DNA of 64,000 nucleotides from a virus (IMGVR_UViG_3300045988_126112:64001-128000), one strand, 5' to 3'. Numbered from the stretch's first letter, positions 1 through 9,478 are shown. Notes: generated from the sequence alone by a model not told the origin. Made by a program: numbers and translations.

Positions 1-397
1 AAGGAATAGTTCCTTCAAGAATTAAATTATTAAATAATTCTCCTTGTTTATTTGGAGTACCATGAGTATGTGCTTTTATAGTATCTCCTTCTAGCCATAA
101 TTTTGTCATACAATGTGCTATATTATTTAAATCTATACTTTGTTGTCTTACCAATTCTGTAGTCATTGGATGTCCTGCTTCACCAAAGAAGTTTTTTGAA
201 TTGATTAATTCCATAGTACGTTCGCAAGATAATTGACCTTGGAAATCTTCTGTTCCATACCAACGTCCATTTCTATTTTTTATATTTAAATCTTGCATTA
301 CTGTTTCTATAGATAATCTATTGTTTTTATCTGATACTATTCGCATTTCTTTTGGTGTTGTAGTTGCTTCATTAATCATATATCCTAATGCTTGCAT
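1..397 (-). CDS. Prohead core protease, T4 gp21-like (N-terminal 132 aa in window; rest runs off the left edge)
   Basis: My own reverse-strand translation from the ATG at 395-397, with GGAGG upstream: MQALGYMINEATTTPKEMRIV...NSKNFFGEAGHPMTT...LWLEGDTIKAHTHGTPNKQGELFNNLILEGTIP. The GE-x-GHP box (about 167-184) and the downstream W..G...G....G..L...I..G spacing resemble T4 gp21 (GELNHP). It is absent from the ORF track because it is open at the window edge. Confidence 0.65.
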   Translation of the reverse strand, partial: MQALGYMINEATTTPKEMRIVSDKNNRLSIETVMQDLNIKNRNGRWYGTEDFQGQLSCERTMELINSKNFFGEAGHPMTTELVRQQSIDLNNIAHCMTKLWLEGDTIKAHTHGTPNKQGELFNNLILEGTIP

Positions 398-422
398 TTA
401 AAATTCCTCCTTTATTAATTTA

Positions 423-436
423 TTATAATAGTGTTA
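423..436 (-). promoter_or_regulatory. Class II box TAACA-N6-TAA (candidate late promoter)
   Basis: Minus strand reads aatagaaTAACActattaTAAtaaa. 28 nt from the prohead protease ATG. Confidence 0.55.
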
Positions 437-479
437 TTCTATTCAATATCGGTATTTTGTAAAAGTCGATTCTTTCACT

Positions 480-490
480 TATATATTATA
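480..490 (+). promoter_or_regulatory. Class I box TATATATTATA-N4-TG (candidate early promoter)
   Basis: cactTATATATTATAactaTG. Intergenic, 114 nt upstream of 604. Confidence 0.5.
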
Positions 491-603
491 ACTATGACAT
501 AGATATATAATATAATAAAAATATATTGGTAGTATCTTATGAAGAGATACAAATTATATCAAGTTTTCTATGTTACTTGATATAATAATTTTGGAGGTTT
601 ATT

Positions 604-882
604 ATGAGAAAAGCAAATATAAAAGGAATAGCAAATGCAAAAGGTTTTAAATTTGAAGTAAAAGTGTCAATAGGTTCTGCTGAAATAGTTAATGACAGAC
701 ATTTCTGTGGTAATAAAGATTATGACGGAAGCAAAAAAGAAATAAAAGATTTTAATTTTGAAATAGCAATGGAAGCAGAAGAAGCTAAACTAGATATAGA
801 TATGTTTGCTAAAGACATAAAAGAAACAATAAAAGAACAAATAGAAAAAAATACAGTAAGTACAACAAAAGCTGCTAAATAA
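604..882 (+). CDS. Hypothetical protein (92 aa)
   Basis: ORF track; GGAGG 7 nt upstream; terminator follows at 900-935; class I box at 480-490. Confidence 0.7.
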   Translation: MRKANIKGIANAKGFKFEVKVSIGSAEIVNDRHFCGNKDYDGSKKEIKDFNFEIAMEAEEAKLDIDMFAKDIKETIKEQIEKNTVSTTKAAK

Positions 883-899
883 TAAGAAACAAAAACAAA

Positions 900-935
900 A
901 TAAACACATGATTAATTTCATGTGTTTATTTTTTC
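900..935 (+). terminator. Rho-independent terminator
   Basis: aaacacatga/tcatgtgttt 10-bp stem followed by a T-run. Confidence 0.75.
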
Positions 936-967
936 TATGTTACTGTGTAAAACTCAATGAAGATGAT

Positions 968-978
968 TATATATTATA
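968..978 (+). promoter_or_regulatory. Class I box
   Basis: gatTATATATTATAtaagTG. Follows the terminator at 900-935; 49 nt upstream of 1027. Confidence 0.55.
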
Positions 979-1026
979 TAAGTGTATGAATAATATAATA
1001 TATATAAATTAAAGGAGGTAAATATT

Positions 1027-1377
1027 ATGAATACAAATCTTATAACAGAATCTACTTTTGCATTACATTTATTAGACAGTCTAAATTTTACAAAGGTTAA
1101 ATATGATATCGAATTATCATATGAAACTTTAAAAGCTTTAGAGAATATACAAGAAGAATCTAAACATATAGTTTTGAATTCATTATTGGCAATAGGAGAT
1201 TGCCTAATGAATGAAAATGACTGTAATATAGAAAGTATAATCAATGCAACAAAGACTATGTTAAATTCTGTAGTAATGATACACAGTATAAATCTAGATA
1301 TAGAAGACTATAAATTTGTAAAGAAAATTTGCAATTGTGTAGATGTAATTGAAACTTTATCTAAAAAGTATTTATAG
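1027..1377 (+). CDS. Hypothetical protein (116 aa)
   Basis: ORF track; AAAGGAGG upstream; class I box at 968-978. Confidence 0.7.
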   Translation: MNTNLITESTFALHLLDSLNFTKVKYDIELSYETLKALENIQEESKHIVLNSLLAIGDCLMNENDCNIESIINATKTMLNSVVMIHSINLDIEDYKFVKKICNCVDVIETLSKKYL

Positions 1378-1390
1378 GAGGTAATATATT

Positions 1391-1762
1391 ATGAAAATAT
1401 CAATTGAAAAAATTAGTATCATTAATATTACATTATTAGATATCACCAAAGGAGGAATTGATGTTTTAAAAGATTCTACACATATTAAAGAACATCAATT
1501 AATAGATGAGATATCTTCATTATTTCAAAATATAATAAAGCATAGTATAATAGCACCTTTGTCTTTATTAGCTTTGGAAGAAGATAATGAAAGAGATCTT
1601 ATTGGTATTGTAAATGTAGCAGAAGGGCTTTTTGATATAGCAATATCAAGATGCAATTGTATCGAAGACAATACAACATTAAGACATATCAGAGGAACAT
1701 GTAAGCTAACGAAAAAAAGAATAGTTAATTATCTAAATGCAAATATTTTATCAATAGAGTAA
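1391..1762 (+). CDS. Hypothetical protein (123 aa)
   Basis: ORF track; AGGAGG upstream; terminator at 1768-1805. Confidence 0.7.
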   Translation: MKISIEKISIINITLLDITKGGIDVLKDSTHIKEHQLIDEISSLFQNIIKHSIIAPLSLLALEEDNERDLIGIVNVAEGLFDIAISRCNCIEDNTTLRHIRGTCKLTKKRIVNYLNANILSIE

Positions 1763-1767
1763 ATGAT

Positions 1768-1805
1768 AAAAAGGTAGTGGAGAAATCCCTACCTTTTTAT
1801 TTTTT
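1768..1805 (+). terminator. Rho-independent terminator
   Basis: aaaggtag...ctaccttt stem followed by tttattttt. Confidence 0.65.
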
Positions 1806-1824
1806 GCCAATTGCTTTGAAATAA

Positions 1825-1838
1825 TAACAATATATTAA
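1825..1838 (+). promoter_or_regulatory. Class II box
   Basis: aaaTAACAatatatTAAaat. The TAA begins 27 nt before the ATG at 1863. Confidence 0.55.
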
Positions 1839-1862
1839 AATAATAGTAAAGGAGGATTATAA

Positions 1863-3950
1863 ATGCTAAACCCACTAGATATAAATAAACGTAAACATGA
1901 AGTAGAACAAGCTATATCTCCACAAAATTTATCAATGACTGAACGTTCAGCAAGAAAAGGGTCTATATCTAAAATGGAAGAATGTTTTAAATATTGGAAT
2001 TCTTTTTCAGTAGATGAAACATTATCTTTACATCATACATTAGATATCGTAAAAGAATGTTTATCTCATAATAATGATGACTATGTAAAAGATAAGATAT
2101 CATTTATACTTGAGAATAATCTAATACCTAAACTACACAAAAAAGAATCTTTATTAGAAGTAAATACCTTTTCCATAGATTGTGGTTTACCTAATTTAAA
2201 ACTTCTATCTAAATGTAATGAAATGATTACATATGATAGAATACTTAGAAATCAAAATACTTTAGAAAACGGTATAGAAGTTACATCATATAGAGATTTA
2301 GAGGAATGTGTAATGGATATATGTAATGCATATAATAATTCTGGATTATCTATGAAAGAAAAATATGCTTTAAGTGTTGAGAGTTCATTATATACAAAGT
2401 ATTTATTATCTAATATAATTATGGTAAATGAATCAGATGAAGATATAATAGACTTGGTCGATTTATTTTTTGCTTTAAACTGTAATGAGCAATTTGAATA
2501 TGATAAAATTAATCCTATATCTTTAAATGAAGATATAAATTCTTTTTCATATTCAGTTGTAAATGGAATGATGAGTGGTATGTATATAAATGGTGGATGG
2601 ACTGTAGATCAAATGCTATCTAGATTACCTCATGGAGAACTTAAAAAATATGAAAAAGCTAATAAGTTACATCCTTTAGATGTTATAGACTTAGAGATGT
2701 CTAAATCTATAAGTGCTTATACTAATAATGAAAGTGGTGATTCATATAGAAGTGAATTTATTAAAAAGAAAATAGACGGCAGAAGTTATAATTGCATAGC
2801 TTTTTATGAAAATGCTTCTTTAAGCAAATTATCTATCTTATATAAAAAAGGAGAAAATCTAGTTATAGTTCCTATATATTCTAAATTTGGTGAATCTCAA
2901 CCACTTATTGTAGAAAGAGGAGTAGCTAGAAATCTATATGAAGAAACTGATAATCTAATATATCTTGATGAGAAAAAACTTATGAAGAAATTAGAAAAGA
3001 AAGTTAAATCTATAGACTTTAAGAATATAAAAACTCTAAATGAATTAAAGAAAAAGATAGATAATATGTGTACTAAATTCTTTACTAAGAAAGATACTTC
3101 TATATTAGATGAAGTTCCTGGAGTATTTACTTGTGTAAGAGCTAGTTGTATAGCTGGTGCTTTTGCTGTTCATCCTATGTTTGGTGCTGTTGCTTTTATG
3201 ACTAATAAGTTTATGAAGATGCATTTTGAGAGAAAACAAAAAGATAAAGTTCTTAAACAATATGATGCTGAAATTAAAAAAGTTGAAAGCAAAATAGAGA
3301 AATGTAAAAGCGATAAGACTAAAGAAAACTATAAGAAGTACCTTAAAGAATTAAAAGATAATCGTAGTACTCTTGAAGAATATTATGATCAATTCTTTAC
3401 TGACGATGAATTATATGATAACTTTGACGAATCAACTGAAGTATTAAATGAATTATCACTTACAAATAGTCTTAAATTAGCTAAAGAAAAATTTAAGAAA
3501 AATTTTGTAAAAATGTCAGATAAAGAAAAGAAACTATCTACTCAAATGGATAATGCATACGATAGATTTGTATATCAAGTTGAAAAGAATCTTTCTAATA
3601 AAAATAGAGAAGCAGTTATTAAAGGTTCTTTAATACCTTCATTCTCTGCTATGTTAAAACTTGCAATGGCTGCTGCTACAGTTAGTTTTATAAGTCCAGC
3701 ATTAGCTGGTATAACTGTTATGGGTGGTATAGCTGCATCTAAAAATGCTACAAGAAAAGAAAGAAAATATATATTAGATGAAATAGATATACAATTAGAA
3801 ATTGTAGAAAAGAAACTTCAATTAGCTGAAAATAATAATGACATGAAAGCATATGAACAACTTCTTAGACTAAAAAGACAATTAGAAAGCGAAAAGAACA
3901 GAATTATCTACAAAAGAAAAAGATCTATTGTTGCTACTAAATATAACTAA
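1863..3950 (+). CDS. Hypothetical late protein (695 aa) with C-terminal hydrophobic segments and coiled-coil-like K/E-rich stretches
   Basis: ORF track; AAAGGAGG upstream; class II box at 1825-1838. Hydrophobic runs: CIAGAFAVHPMFGAVAFM and LAMAAATVSFISPALAGITVMGGIAA. No family recognised. Confidence 0.75.
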   Translation: MLNPLDINKRKHEVEQAISPQNLSMTERSARKGSISKMEECFKYWNSFSVDETLSLHHTLDIVKECLSHNNDDYVKDKISFILENNLIPKLHKKESLLEVNTFSIDCGLPNLKLLSKCNEMITYDRILRNQNTLENGIEVTSYRDLEECVMDICNAYNNSGLSMKEKYALSVESSLYTKYLLSNIIMVNESDEDIIDLVDLFFALNCNEQFEYDKINPISLNEDINSFSYSVVNGMMSGMYINGGWTVDQMLSRLPHGELKKYEKANKLHPLDVIDLEMSKSISAYTNNESGDSYRSEFIKKKIDGRSYNCIAFYENASLSKLSILYKKGENLVIVPIYSKFGESQPLIVERGVARNLYEETDNLIYLDEKKLMKKLEKKVKSIDFKNIKTLNELKKKIDNMCTKFFTKKDTSILDEVPGVFTCVRASCIAGAFAVHPMFGAVAFMTNKFMKMHFERKQKDKVLKQYDAEIKKVESKIEKCKSDKTKENYKKYLKELKDNRSTLEEYYDQFFTDDELYDNFDESTEVLNELSLTNSLKLAKEKFKKNFVKMSDKEKKLSTQMDNAYDRFVYQVEKNLSNKNREAVIKGSLIPSFSAMLKLAMAAATVSFISPALAGITVMGGIAASKNATRKERKYILDEIDIQLEIVEKKLQLAENNNDMKAYEQLLRLKRQLESEKNRIIYKRKRSIVATKYN

Positions 3951-3962
3951 GGAGGTGATATA

Positions 3963-5063
3963 ATGTTATATAGTGATCTTATAGAAAAATATAGAAGAGA
4001 GTATAGAGCTTTGCATGAAGCTGACGAAGATGAAGAAAAGAAAAAGAATAAAAATCAACCTGATGATGATAACGAAGAGGAAGAAGATGACGAACCACCA
4101 GGAGGGGACACTCCTGATGAACCAGCTACAGATGATGAAGGTGCAGATGAAGAGGAAGAAGATGATGAACCACCAGGAGGAGATGATACTCCTGCAGATG
4201 ATAATCCTGATGAAGATGCAGAGGAAGAAGATGATGAACCACCAGGTGGTGCTGATGATGATACTGATAATGCAGACGAAGAAGAAGACGATGATGAACC
4301 AGATGTAGGAAATGATAATCCTGATGAAGGTGGAGATGAAGAAGAGGAAGATGATGAGCCACCAGGTGGTGCTGTTGATGATGGAGATACAGATACTGGA
4401 GGAGATACTATGGATGATGATGGTGGTGCTCCTACAGATGATGGAGATACTGGTGCTGATACTATGGATGACGATACTGGTGGTGACACCATAGATGATG
4501 GCGATACTGGTGGAGAAGAAAATGATAATACACCTGATGAAGGTGGTGGAGATGATACTGGTGGTGACACTATAGATGGTGGAGGAGATACTGGTGGAGA
4601 TGATACAGGCTCTGATACTATGGATGATGATGGAGATTCTGGAGGAGATGATAAGCCTGATTCAGATGAAGAAGATAATGATAATGCTGATAACTCTGAA
4701 GAAAATCCTATACAACAAATGGAAGATGAAATATTTAAAGATCTTAGTGATTCTCAAAAACAAATAAGAGATTATGAAATGAAAAGTAATTATATAAAAT
4801 TACATGACTCAATAAATGATATATTACAAAGATTAAACAATGTTTATAAAACAGATGAAAACATAAGAATAGTTGATTTTGTTACAAAACAACTAATTTC
4901 TTTAAAAGATATGGTTAAAGATTATTTAACTAAAACTTATATTACTAAAACTTTCCAAGAAAACATGTTATTTTATCAACATTGCTTAGTAATTATGAGT
5001 GATTTAAATAGATTAATAATTGAAATACTTCCAGATTTAGATGGAAATAAACCAGTTTGTTAA
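3963..5063 (+). CDS. Extremely acidic repeat protein (366 aa): low-complexity D/E/G/T/P region followed by a folded-looking C-terminal domain of about 120 aa
   Basis: ORF track; AGGAGGTGAT upstream. Four copies of EEE(E)DDEPPGG, then GDT-x-DD/GGDT repeats through about aa 245. Lies immediately upstream of the putative capsid gene. Confidence 0.8.
   Translation: MLYSDLIEKYRREYRALHEADEDEEKKKNKNQPDDDNEEEEDDEPPGGDTPDEPATDDEGADEEEEDDEPPGGDDTPADDNPDEDAEEEDDEPPGGADDDTDNADEEEDDDEPDVGNDNPDEGGDEEEEDDEPPGGAVDDGDTDTGGDTMDDDGGAPTDDGDTGADTMDDDTGGDTIDDGDTGGEENDNTPDEGGGDDTGGDTIDGGGDTGGDDTGSDTMDDDGDSGGDDKPDSDEEDNDNADNSEENPIQQMEDEIFKDLSDSQKQIRDYEMKSNYIKLHDSINDILQRLNNVYKTDENIRIVDFVTKQLISLKDMVKDYLTKTYITKTFQENMLFYQHCLVIMSDLNRLIIEILPDLDGNKPVC
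4060..4680 (+). repeat. In-frame degenerate tandem repeats encoding the acidic low-complexity region
   Basis: gaagaggaagaagatga(c/t)gaaccaccagg(a/t)gg recurs at about 4075, 4150, 4222 and 4340. After that come ggagatact / gatgatgatgg-type repeats. Confidence 0.8.
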
Positions 5064-5072
5064 TCAATTTAA

Positions 5073-5086
5073 TAACAATATAATAA
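5073..5086 (+). promoter_or_regulatory. Class II box
   Basis: ttaaTAACAatataaTAAaaa. Upstream of the putative capsid gene. Confidence 0.55.
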
Positions 5087-5120
5087 AAATTATGATATAT
5101 ATGAAAGGAGTGTTATAACC

Positions 5121-6872
5121 ATGCCAGTAGTTGGTGAAAAAAAGAAAAAACAATCAAATAATAAGTCATACATGTATGAACCTATTTACGGGCTTTCAAA
5201 AGCTTTCTTAGAATGTGCAAAAGATATATTAAATGAAGGTAGAGTAGATATATTCTCTAATGCTAAATTAGCATGTTTACAAAAAAATACAAATGATTCT
5301 TTAAAAAGATTCTTTATAGAAGAATCTGCTGATAGAGATTCTATGACTGCCGAACAATATGATGATCATATGCTTATGATGGAACAATTATATGAAAATG
5401 ATCGTGATTTATTGCTTGAATATACACCAATGGCTACAGTTAACCCATTAATCGGTACAACTTTACCATTACACAAAAACTTATTAATGAACAATGTGTT
5501 CACTCAAACAAATGCTATACCAAAAGCAGTAGCAGCATCTCCAAAGTGGACAGAATCAATGGAATATAGATATCTTGTAACTCCAGATGGAGAAGAAATA
5601 GATTTCTATACTCAACAACATTTAATGACTAAAGCAGTAGATGCTACAGCTCCATATAAAGAAATAGAACTTAAACTTCCTGAATATGGAGAAACAGATA
5701 TGTTAGATGCTATAGGAGCAAGTTCTATAGACAATTTATCAGTAGATACAATAGTATCTGCAGTTGCTGTACCAGTAACAGAAGTTGCTGATGGACAAGA
5801 AGAAGCAAAAATAGAAGGTGTTGACGGAACTTATATTTGGATGCCAGTTAACATCAAATTTGGTCCTACTTATGGTGAAAATGAAAGAGCTATGGTAGGA
5901 AACATAAGACCAGCATTAACAATTAAAAACTTAAAAGTTGATGGTGATATACAAGACGATATGATCCAAGGTACTATGAATAAAAATAAAATAACAGTAG
6001 TTGGATTAAAAGGAATGGTTAAAGCAGTTAAAATTAGAACTAGAAAAGATACTTCTAATGCAATGCTACCAACTTGTAGTGTAAAATGGAAAGAAATCAC
6101 AGATTTATTCGAAATGCCAAATGCAATTCCAATAAATGTGCCAATCTCTCCAGAAGAAATAAAAGACTATGCTGCATTATATAATATAAATCAATTAACA
6201 AAAATAATGTCTATGATAAAAATAGTATTAGAAAACTATAAAGATGATCATATACTAGAATTCTTAGATAATTCATATGATAGACTAGATCCTAGTCAAA
6301 CTAACTTCTTACAAATTGACTGGGCTCCAAGACATAACTATGCATTAGATCATGTTGAATGGAGACATAAAGTATCATTTGATGCAATTGATACATTTGC
6401 TACTAAATTAGTAAATATATTAAATGATCCAAATGTTACTACAACATTCTTCGGTAGACCTGATTTAATAAGAAAAATAACTCCAACTGAATATTCTTAT
6501 GAATCTCCTAAGAATATAGGACCAGTTACATTAGAGTTCCAAAAGGCTGTACATACTACAGACAACAGAACTTATCAATTCATTTCTTCTCAAAAATTTG
6601 AAAAGAAATATGATTCTAATTTAGCAAATCAATTAATATGTATATTATCACCTAAAAATACTGATAGAATAATATACAAAGAATACGATTATCAAATGTA
6701 TGTAGGTAATGAAATAAGAAATGCTGTAAACTATGCATTACCAGCTGTACATTCATTTGAAAGATGGATGATGACTGAATATCAACCAGTACAAGGTAGA
6801 ATAGAAATACTTAACCCAACTGGAATAGTAGAAAAACCAGCTGTAAACGTTAATATAATAGAAAAACCTTAA
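5121..6872 (+). CDS. Putative major capsid protein (583 aa)
   Basis: Own class II box (5073-5086) and a strong terminator (6897-6930). Visibly different codon choice (many TTC/AAC/CCA/GTA codons) suggests high expression. Follows the acidic scaffold-like gene. No diagnostic motif seen, so the call is positional. Confidence 0.4.
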   Translation: MPVVGEKKKKQSNNKSYMYEPIYGLSKAFLECAKDILNEGRVDIFSNAKLACLQKNTNDSLKRFFIEESADRDSMTAEQYDDHMLMMEQLYENDRDLLLEYTPMATVNPLIGTTLPLHKNLLMNNVFTQTNAIPKAVAASPKWTESMEYRYLVTPDGEEIDFYTQQHLMTKAVDATAPYKEIELKLPEYGETDMLDAIGASSIDNLSVDTIVSAVAVPVTEVADGQEEAKIEGVDGTYIWMPVNIKFGPTYGENERAMVGNIRPALTIKNLKVDGDIQDDMIQGTMNKNKITVVGLKGMVKAVKIRTRKDTSNAMLPTCSVKWKEITDLFEMPNAIPINVPISPEEIKDYAALYNINQLTKIMSMIKIVLENYKDDHILEFLDNSYDRLDPSQTNFLQIDWAPRHNYALDHVEWRHKVSFDAIDTFATKLVNILNDPNVTTTFFGRPDLIRKITPTEYSYESPKNIGPVTLEFQKAVHTTDNRTYQFISSQKFEKKYDSNLANQLICILSPKNTDRIIYKEYDYQMYVGNEIRNAVNYALPAVHSFERWMMTEYQPVQGRIEILNPTGIVEKPAVNVNIIEKP

Positions 6873-6896
6873 GGATAAAAAAATAAAGATTATATG

Positions 6897-6930
6897 AGTC
6901 TACACTCTAAATGAGTGTAGACTTTTTAAT
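6897..6930 (+). terminator. Rho-independent terminator after the putative capsid gene
   Basis: agtctacactc/gagtgtagact 11-bp stem followed by ttttt. Confidence 0.75.
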
Positions 6931-6948
6931 TAGAAAGGAGTAAGTTCT

Positions 6949-8136
6949 ATGCCTGTAATATTAATTAAGCCAAGAAAGGTAGTAAGACAGTATAAAAATA
7001 GTGTAAATTGTGCTCCTCTTGAAGATGCTATGAGTAAGATAAAATTAAATCCTACTAATGATAGGCTGACGAATTTAATGAAAGTTCTAAACGATCTATT
7101 TAAAGGAACTGATTGTAAAGGAGTTATATATACTAAAAATACTGATAAACCTTTATTTGGAATGTGTGTTATGCCAGTTATAAATGAAACTGATGTAAAG
7201 AAAATGATATTAGAAAATGACTTTAGTACTTTAAAACAAAACTATTTCTTAGAGTTTGATTCTAAATTATTTGAAATAGGATTAACTACTAGAGAATTAG
7301 TAGCAGTCGTATTACATGAAATAGGTCATATAATACTTGATATAGATAAAGCTGTAGATGAAGTTACTAAATCTTTTTATATGTATCTTCAAAAGAATAT
7401 GGAAACTATAGATATGCAAAGATTTATAAAATATGCAGACTTATTAGCTTTTGGATTTAGAGATGCTATTAGAAAGATAAACAATATATTCTCTGATGAA
7501 GAAACTAATGCCGATTCTTATGCTGTAGCTTTAGGATATGGGCAAGAATTAATAAGTGCATTAAAGAAAATAACTGATAGATGTACTTTATTAAATAAAG
7601 ATTTAGATAATAAACTATTAGTTCTTCAATGGACTCTTAGATTATATAAAAATATGAAACTTAGAAGAATACCAGCTATAAGAACATTAGAAAAAACTTA
7701 TCAAATGACTGGTAGTGAATTAGAAAAAAGAGAAATAAATAAATGTATGAATGCTATAAAACAATATGAATACGATGCAATAGATGAATCAGCTGTTTTA
7801 GAAGAAAAGACTAAGCTATCTATATTTAGAAGATTTAAATATAAAGGAATGCGTGGAATAGAAGACGATTTATATGGATTAACTCTAAGAGTAAAATCAG
7901 TTGATGAACAAGATGAAGCATTAATGATTCTTAGAGATATAAATAGTAGATTAGCTATTCTTGATGACTATATTTCTAGCGAAGATTTAGACCAAAATGA
8001 TTTAGAAAGATGGAACGCAGTAAGAAAGAAATACTTAATGCTTAGAGAGGAACTTTCTAAGAAAACAACATATGATGATAAATACTATGGATTATTTATC
8101 AAAACACCAGTTGTTAAATCAAGATATGAATATTAA
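6949..8136 (+). CDS. HExxH zinc-metallopeptidase-like protein (395 aa)
   Basis: ORF track; AAAGGAG upstream. VAVVLHEIGHIILD motif encoded near 7310-7340. The rest is helical/charged. Terminator at 8136-8166. Confidence 0.45.
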   Translation: MPVILIKPRKVVRQYKNSVNCAPLEDAMSKIKLNPTNDRLTNLMKVLNDLFKGTDCKGVIYTKNTDKPLFGMCVMPVINETDVKKMILENDFSTLKQNYFLEFDSKLFEIGLTTRELVAVVLHEIGHIILDIDKAVDEVTKSFYMYLQKNMETIDMQRFIKYADLLAFGFRDAIRKINNIFSDEETNADSYAVALGYGQELISALKKITDRCTLLNKDLDNKLLVLQWTLRLYKNMKLRRIPAIRTLEKTYQMTGSELEKREINKCMNAIKQYEYDAIDESAVLEEKTKLSIFRRFKYKGMRGIEDDLYGLTLRVKSVDEQDEALMILRDINSRLAILDDYISSEDLDQNDLERWNAVRKKYLMLREELSKKTTYDDKYYGLFIKTPVVKSRYEY

Positions 8137-8166
8137 GAGCTTAGGTAATTCCTAAGCTCTTTTTTA
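8136..8166 (+). terminator. Rho-independent terminator
   Basis: agagcttagg/cctaagctct stem followed by ttttt. Confidence 0.8.
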
Positions 8167-8187
8167 ATTACTAAACATCTTTTTAAT

Positions 8188-8198
8188 CATATATTATA
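8188..8198 (+). promoter_or_regulatory. Class I box
   Basis: aatCATATATTATAtaggTG. After the terminator at 8136-8166; 39 nt upstream of 8237. Confidence 0.55.
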
Positions 8199-8236
8199 TA
8201 GGTGAAATAAAATAAATATATTGGAGGTAATACAAT

Positions 8237-8821
8237 ATGAATAATTTTGAAGTACAACAAAAAGAAATAAGTGATGAAAAATATTTAGCATCAATAATGA
8301 ATAAAATGATGTCACTAGAACGTTATGTAGATGTATGTAGTAAAGCAAAAGAGATGGGCATTTCAACTAAAGAAATGATATCTTTTGTTGATGATTTTTA
8401 TGGAGAACCAAATATTTGTAATCATGAAGTATCATTTGATTGTAATGTATTTGAATATACATATTCAAATGGAGTTAAAGATGGAGTAAAATGTAGAATG
8501 TGTAATCATAAAATGAAATTAGAAACTTTTGATTTAGCAGTAAAATTAGGATTAGGTAATAAAATTATTGATATAAATAAGGAGGAAGAAACAATGAAAA
8601 AATATTTAATATTAGGGCAATTTAATGATGGAAGTACAGGTATGATGTATGCTATAATAAATGCCAATGATGATTTAGAAGCTATGAAAAAAGTAGAAAA
8701 ATCATTAGAAGATGGACATGTAAATACAGATATAATATCAGTAATGAGTCCTATTGAAATAACTGATTCAGATCAAGTTAATTTTGTTATCCCTAGTGGA
8801 ATAACAAAATTAGATTTCTAG
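8237..8821 (+). CDS. Hypothetical Cys-rich protein (194 aa)
   Basis: ORF track; GGAGG upstream; class I box at 8188-8198. An in-frame internal AAGGAGGAAG-N5-ATG at about 8595 could give a separate 75-aa product. Confidence 0.65.
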   Translation: MNNFEVQQKEISDEKYLASIMNKMMSLERYVDVCSKAKEMGISTKEMISFVDDFYGEPNICNHEVSFDCNVFEYTYSNGVKDGVKCRMCNHKMKLETFDLAVKLGLGNKIIDINKEEETMKKYLILGQFNDGSTGMMYAIINANDDLEAMKKVEKSLEDGHVNTDIISVMSPIEITDSDQVNFVIPSGITKLDF

Positions 8822-8831
8822 TCTTTAAAGA

Positions 8832-8863
8832 AATAGAGAGTTGAAAGACTCTCTATTTTTTTT
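8832..8863 (+). terminator. Rho-independent terminator
   Basis: aatagagagt/actctctatt stem followed by a T8 run. Confidence 0.8.
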
Positions 8864-8902
8864 AATTACATATATGACTTAATATAAAGGGAGGTATAAT
8901 AT

Positions 8903-9265
8903 ATGGGACAATTAACAGATATACTTAATAAGGCAAAAGAAAGAGATAAGATGGTACAATATGCAAATAAGTATAAAGCATACATAGCAACAATAACTAT
9001 GATTGTAAAAGATGAAAATGATGAAGAAGTTAAAATTGATTTAATTCATCCTATACTTGCAGAGAGTGAAAAGCAAGCTCATGATATACTACAAATGCTA
9101 ACATCTTATGATAACTTTACAAAAGATGCTAATTTAAATTGGGTATTGGATTATTCCAATAGAAAAGAAAACTTATCAAAAACAGTTTTGAAAAATATTG
9201 CAACATGTGATTTCAAACTGGAATCTAATTTAGGAGAGGAAGGTGCAGCATATGTCATTAACTGA
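8903..9265 (+). CDS. Hypothetical protein (120 aa)
   Basis: ORF track; GGGAGG upstream. Confidence 0.65.
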   Translation: MGQLTDILNKAKERDKMVQYANKYKAYIATITMIVKDENDEEVKIDLIHPILAESEKQAHDILQMLTSYDNFTKDANLNWVLDYSNRKENLSKTVLKNIATCDFKLESNLGEEGAAYVIN

Positions 9266-9467
9266 AATAGTACAAAAATATGAGATAGGAAAAAATAAAA
9301 AAGAAGTGGTTATTTTATGTGTTCCTAAACACTTAGCAAGTGATGTTGAAAGTGTTCTTGTGGATGGATATGTTACAACAATTAGAAATAATGATGTAAT
9401 ATTCCATATATATAATATTGAACAACTTTCCAGAAGAACTGGAATTAATTTTAATTATAAATATTAG
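9252..9467 (+). CDS. Hypothetical protein (71 aa)
   Basis: The ORF track frame begins at 9243 (GTG). I prefer the ATG at 9252 (MSLTEIV...), about 9 nt after GAGGAAGG. Overlaps the preceding gene end. Confidence 0.55.
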   Translation: MSLTEIVQKYEIGKNKKEVVILCVPKHLASDVESVLVDGYVTTIRNNDVIFHIYNIEQLSRRTGINFNYKY

Positions 9468-9478
9468 GAGGTAATGTT

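Noticed and set aside
954-1244. Minus-strand 96-aa ORF overlapping 1027..1377. Similar antisense ORFs occur at 5870..6100, 9739..9927, 11271..11459, 11694..11903, 13150..13575, 17739..18082, 24114..24347, 25448..25744, 25822..26172, 28129..28365, 31401..31583, 32722..33189 and 36733..37149.
   Set aside because: They are typical antisense open frames of AT-rich coding DNA: I/F/Y/L/S-rich, no SD, and nested in longer ORFs with good starts and recognisable motifs.
4015-4767. Five extra ORFs in other frames and on the other strand across the acidic-repeat gene (4015..4308, 4055..4570, 4126..4362, 4312..4494, 4576..4767).
   Set aside because: They are low-complexity translations (poly-S/P, poly-H/L, M/K-rich) of the GAA/GAT-rich repeats. 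They have no SD sequences and lie entirely inside the well-supported 3963..5063 gene.
8595-8821. The internal in-frame AAGGAGGAAG-ATG, considered as a separate 75-aa gene.
   Set aside because: No stop codon separates it from the upstream 119 codons, so a single 194-aa product is the simpler reading. It is noted only in the feature evidence.
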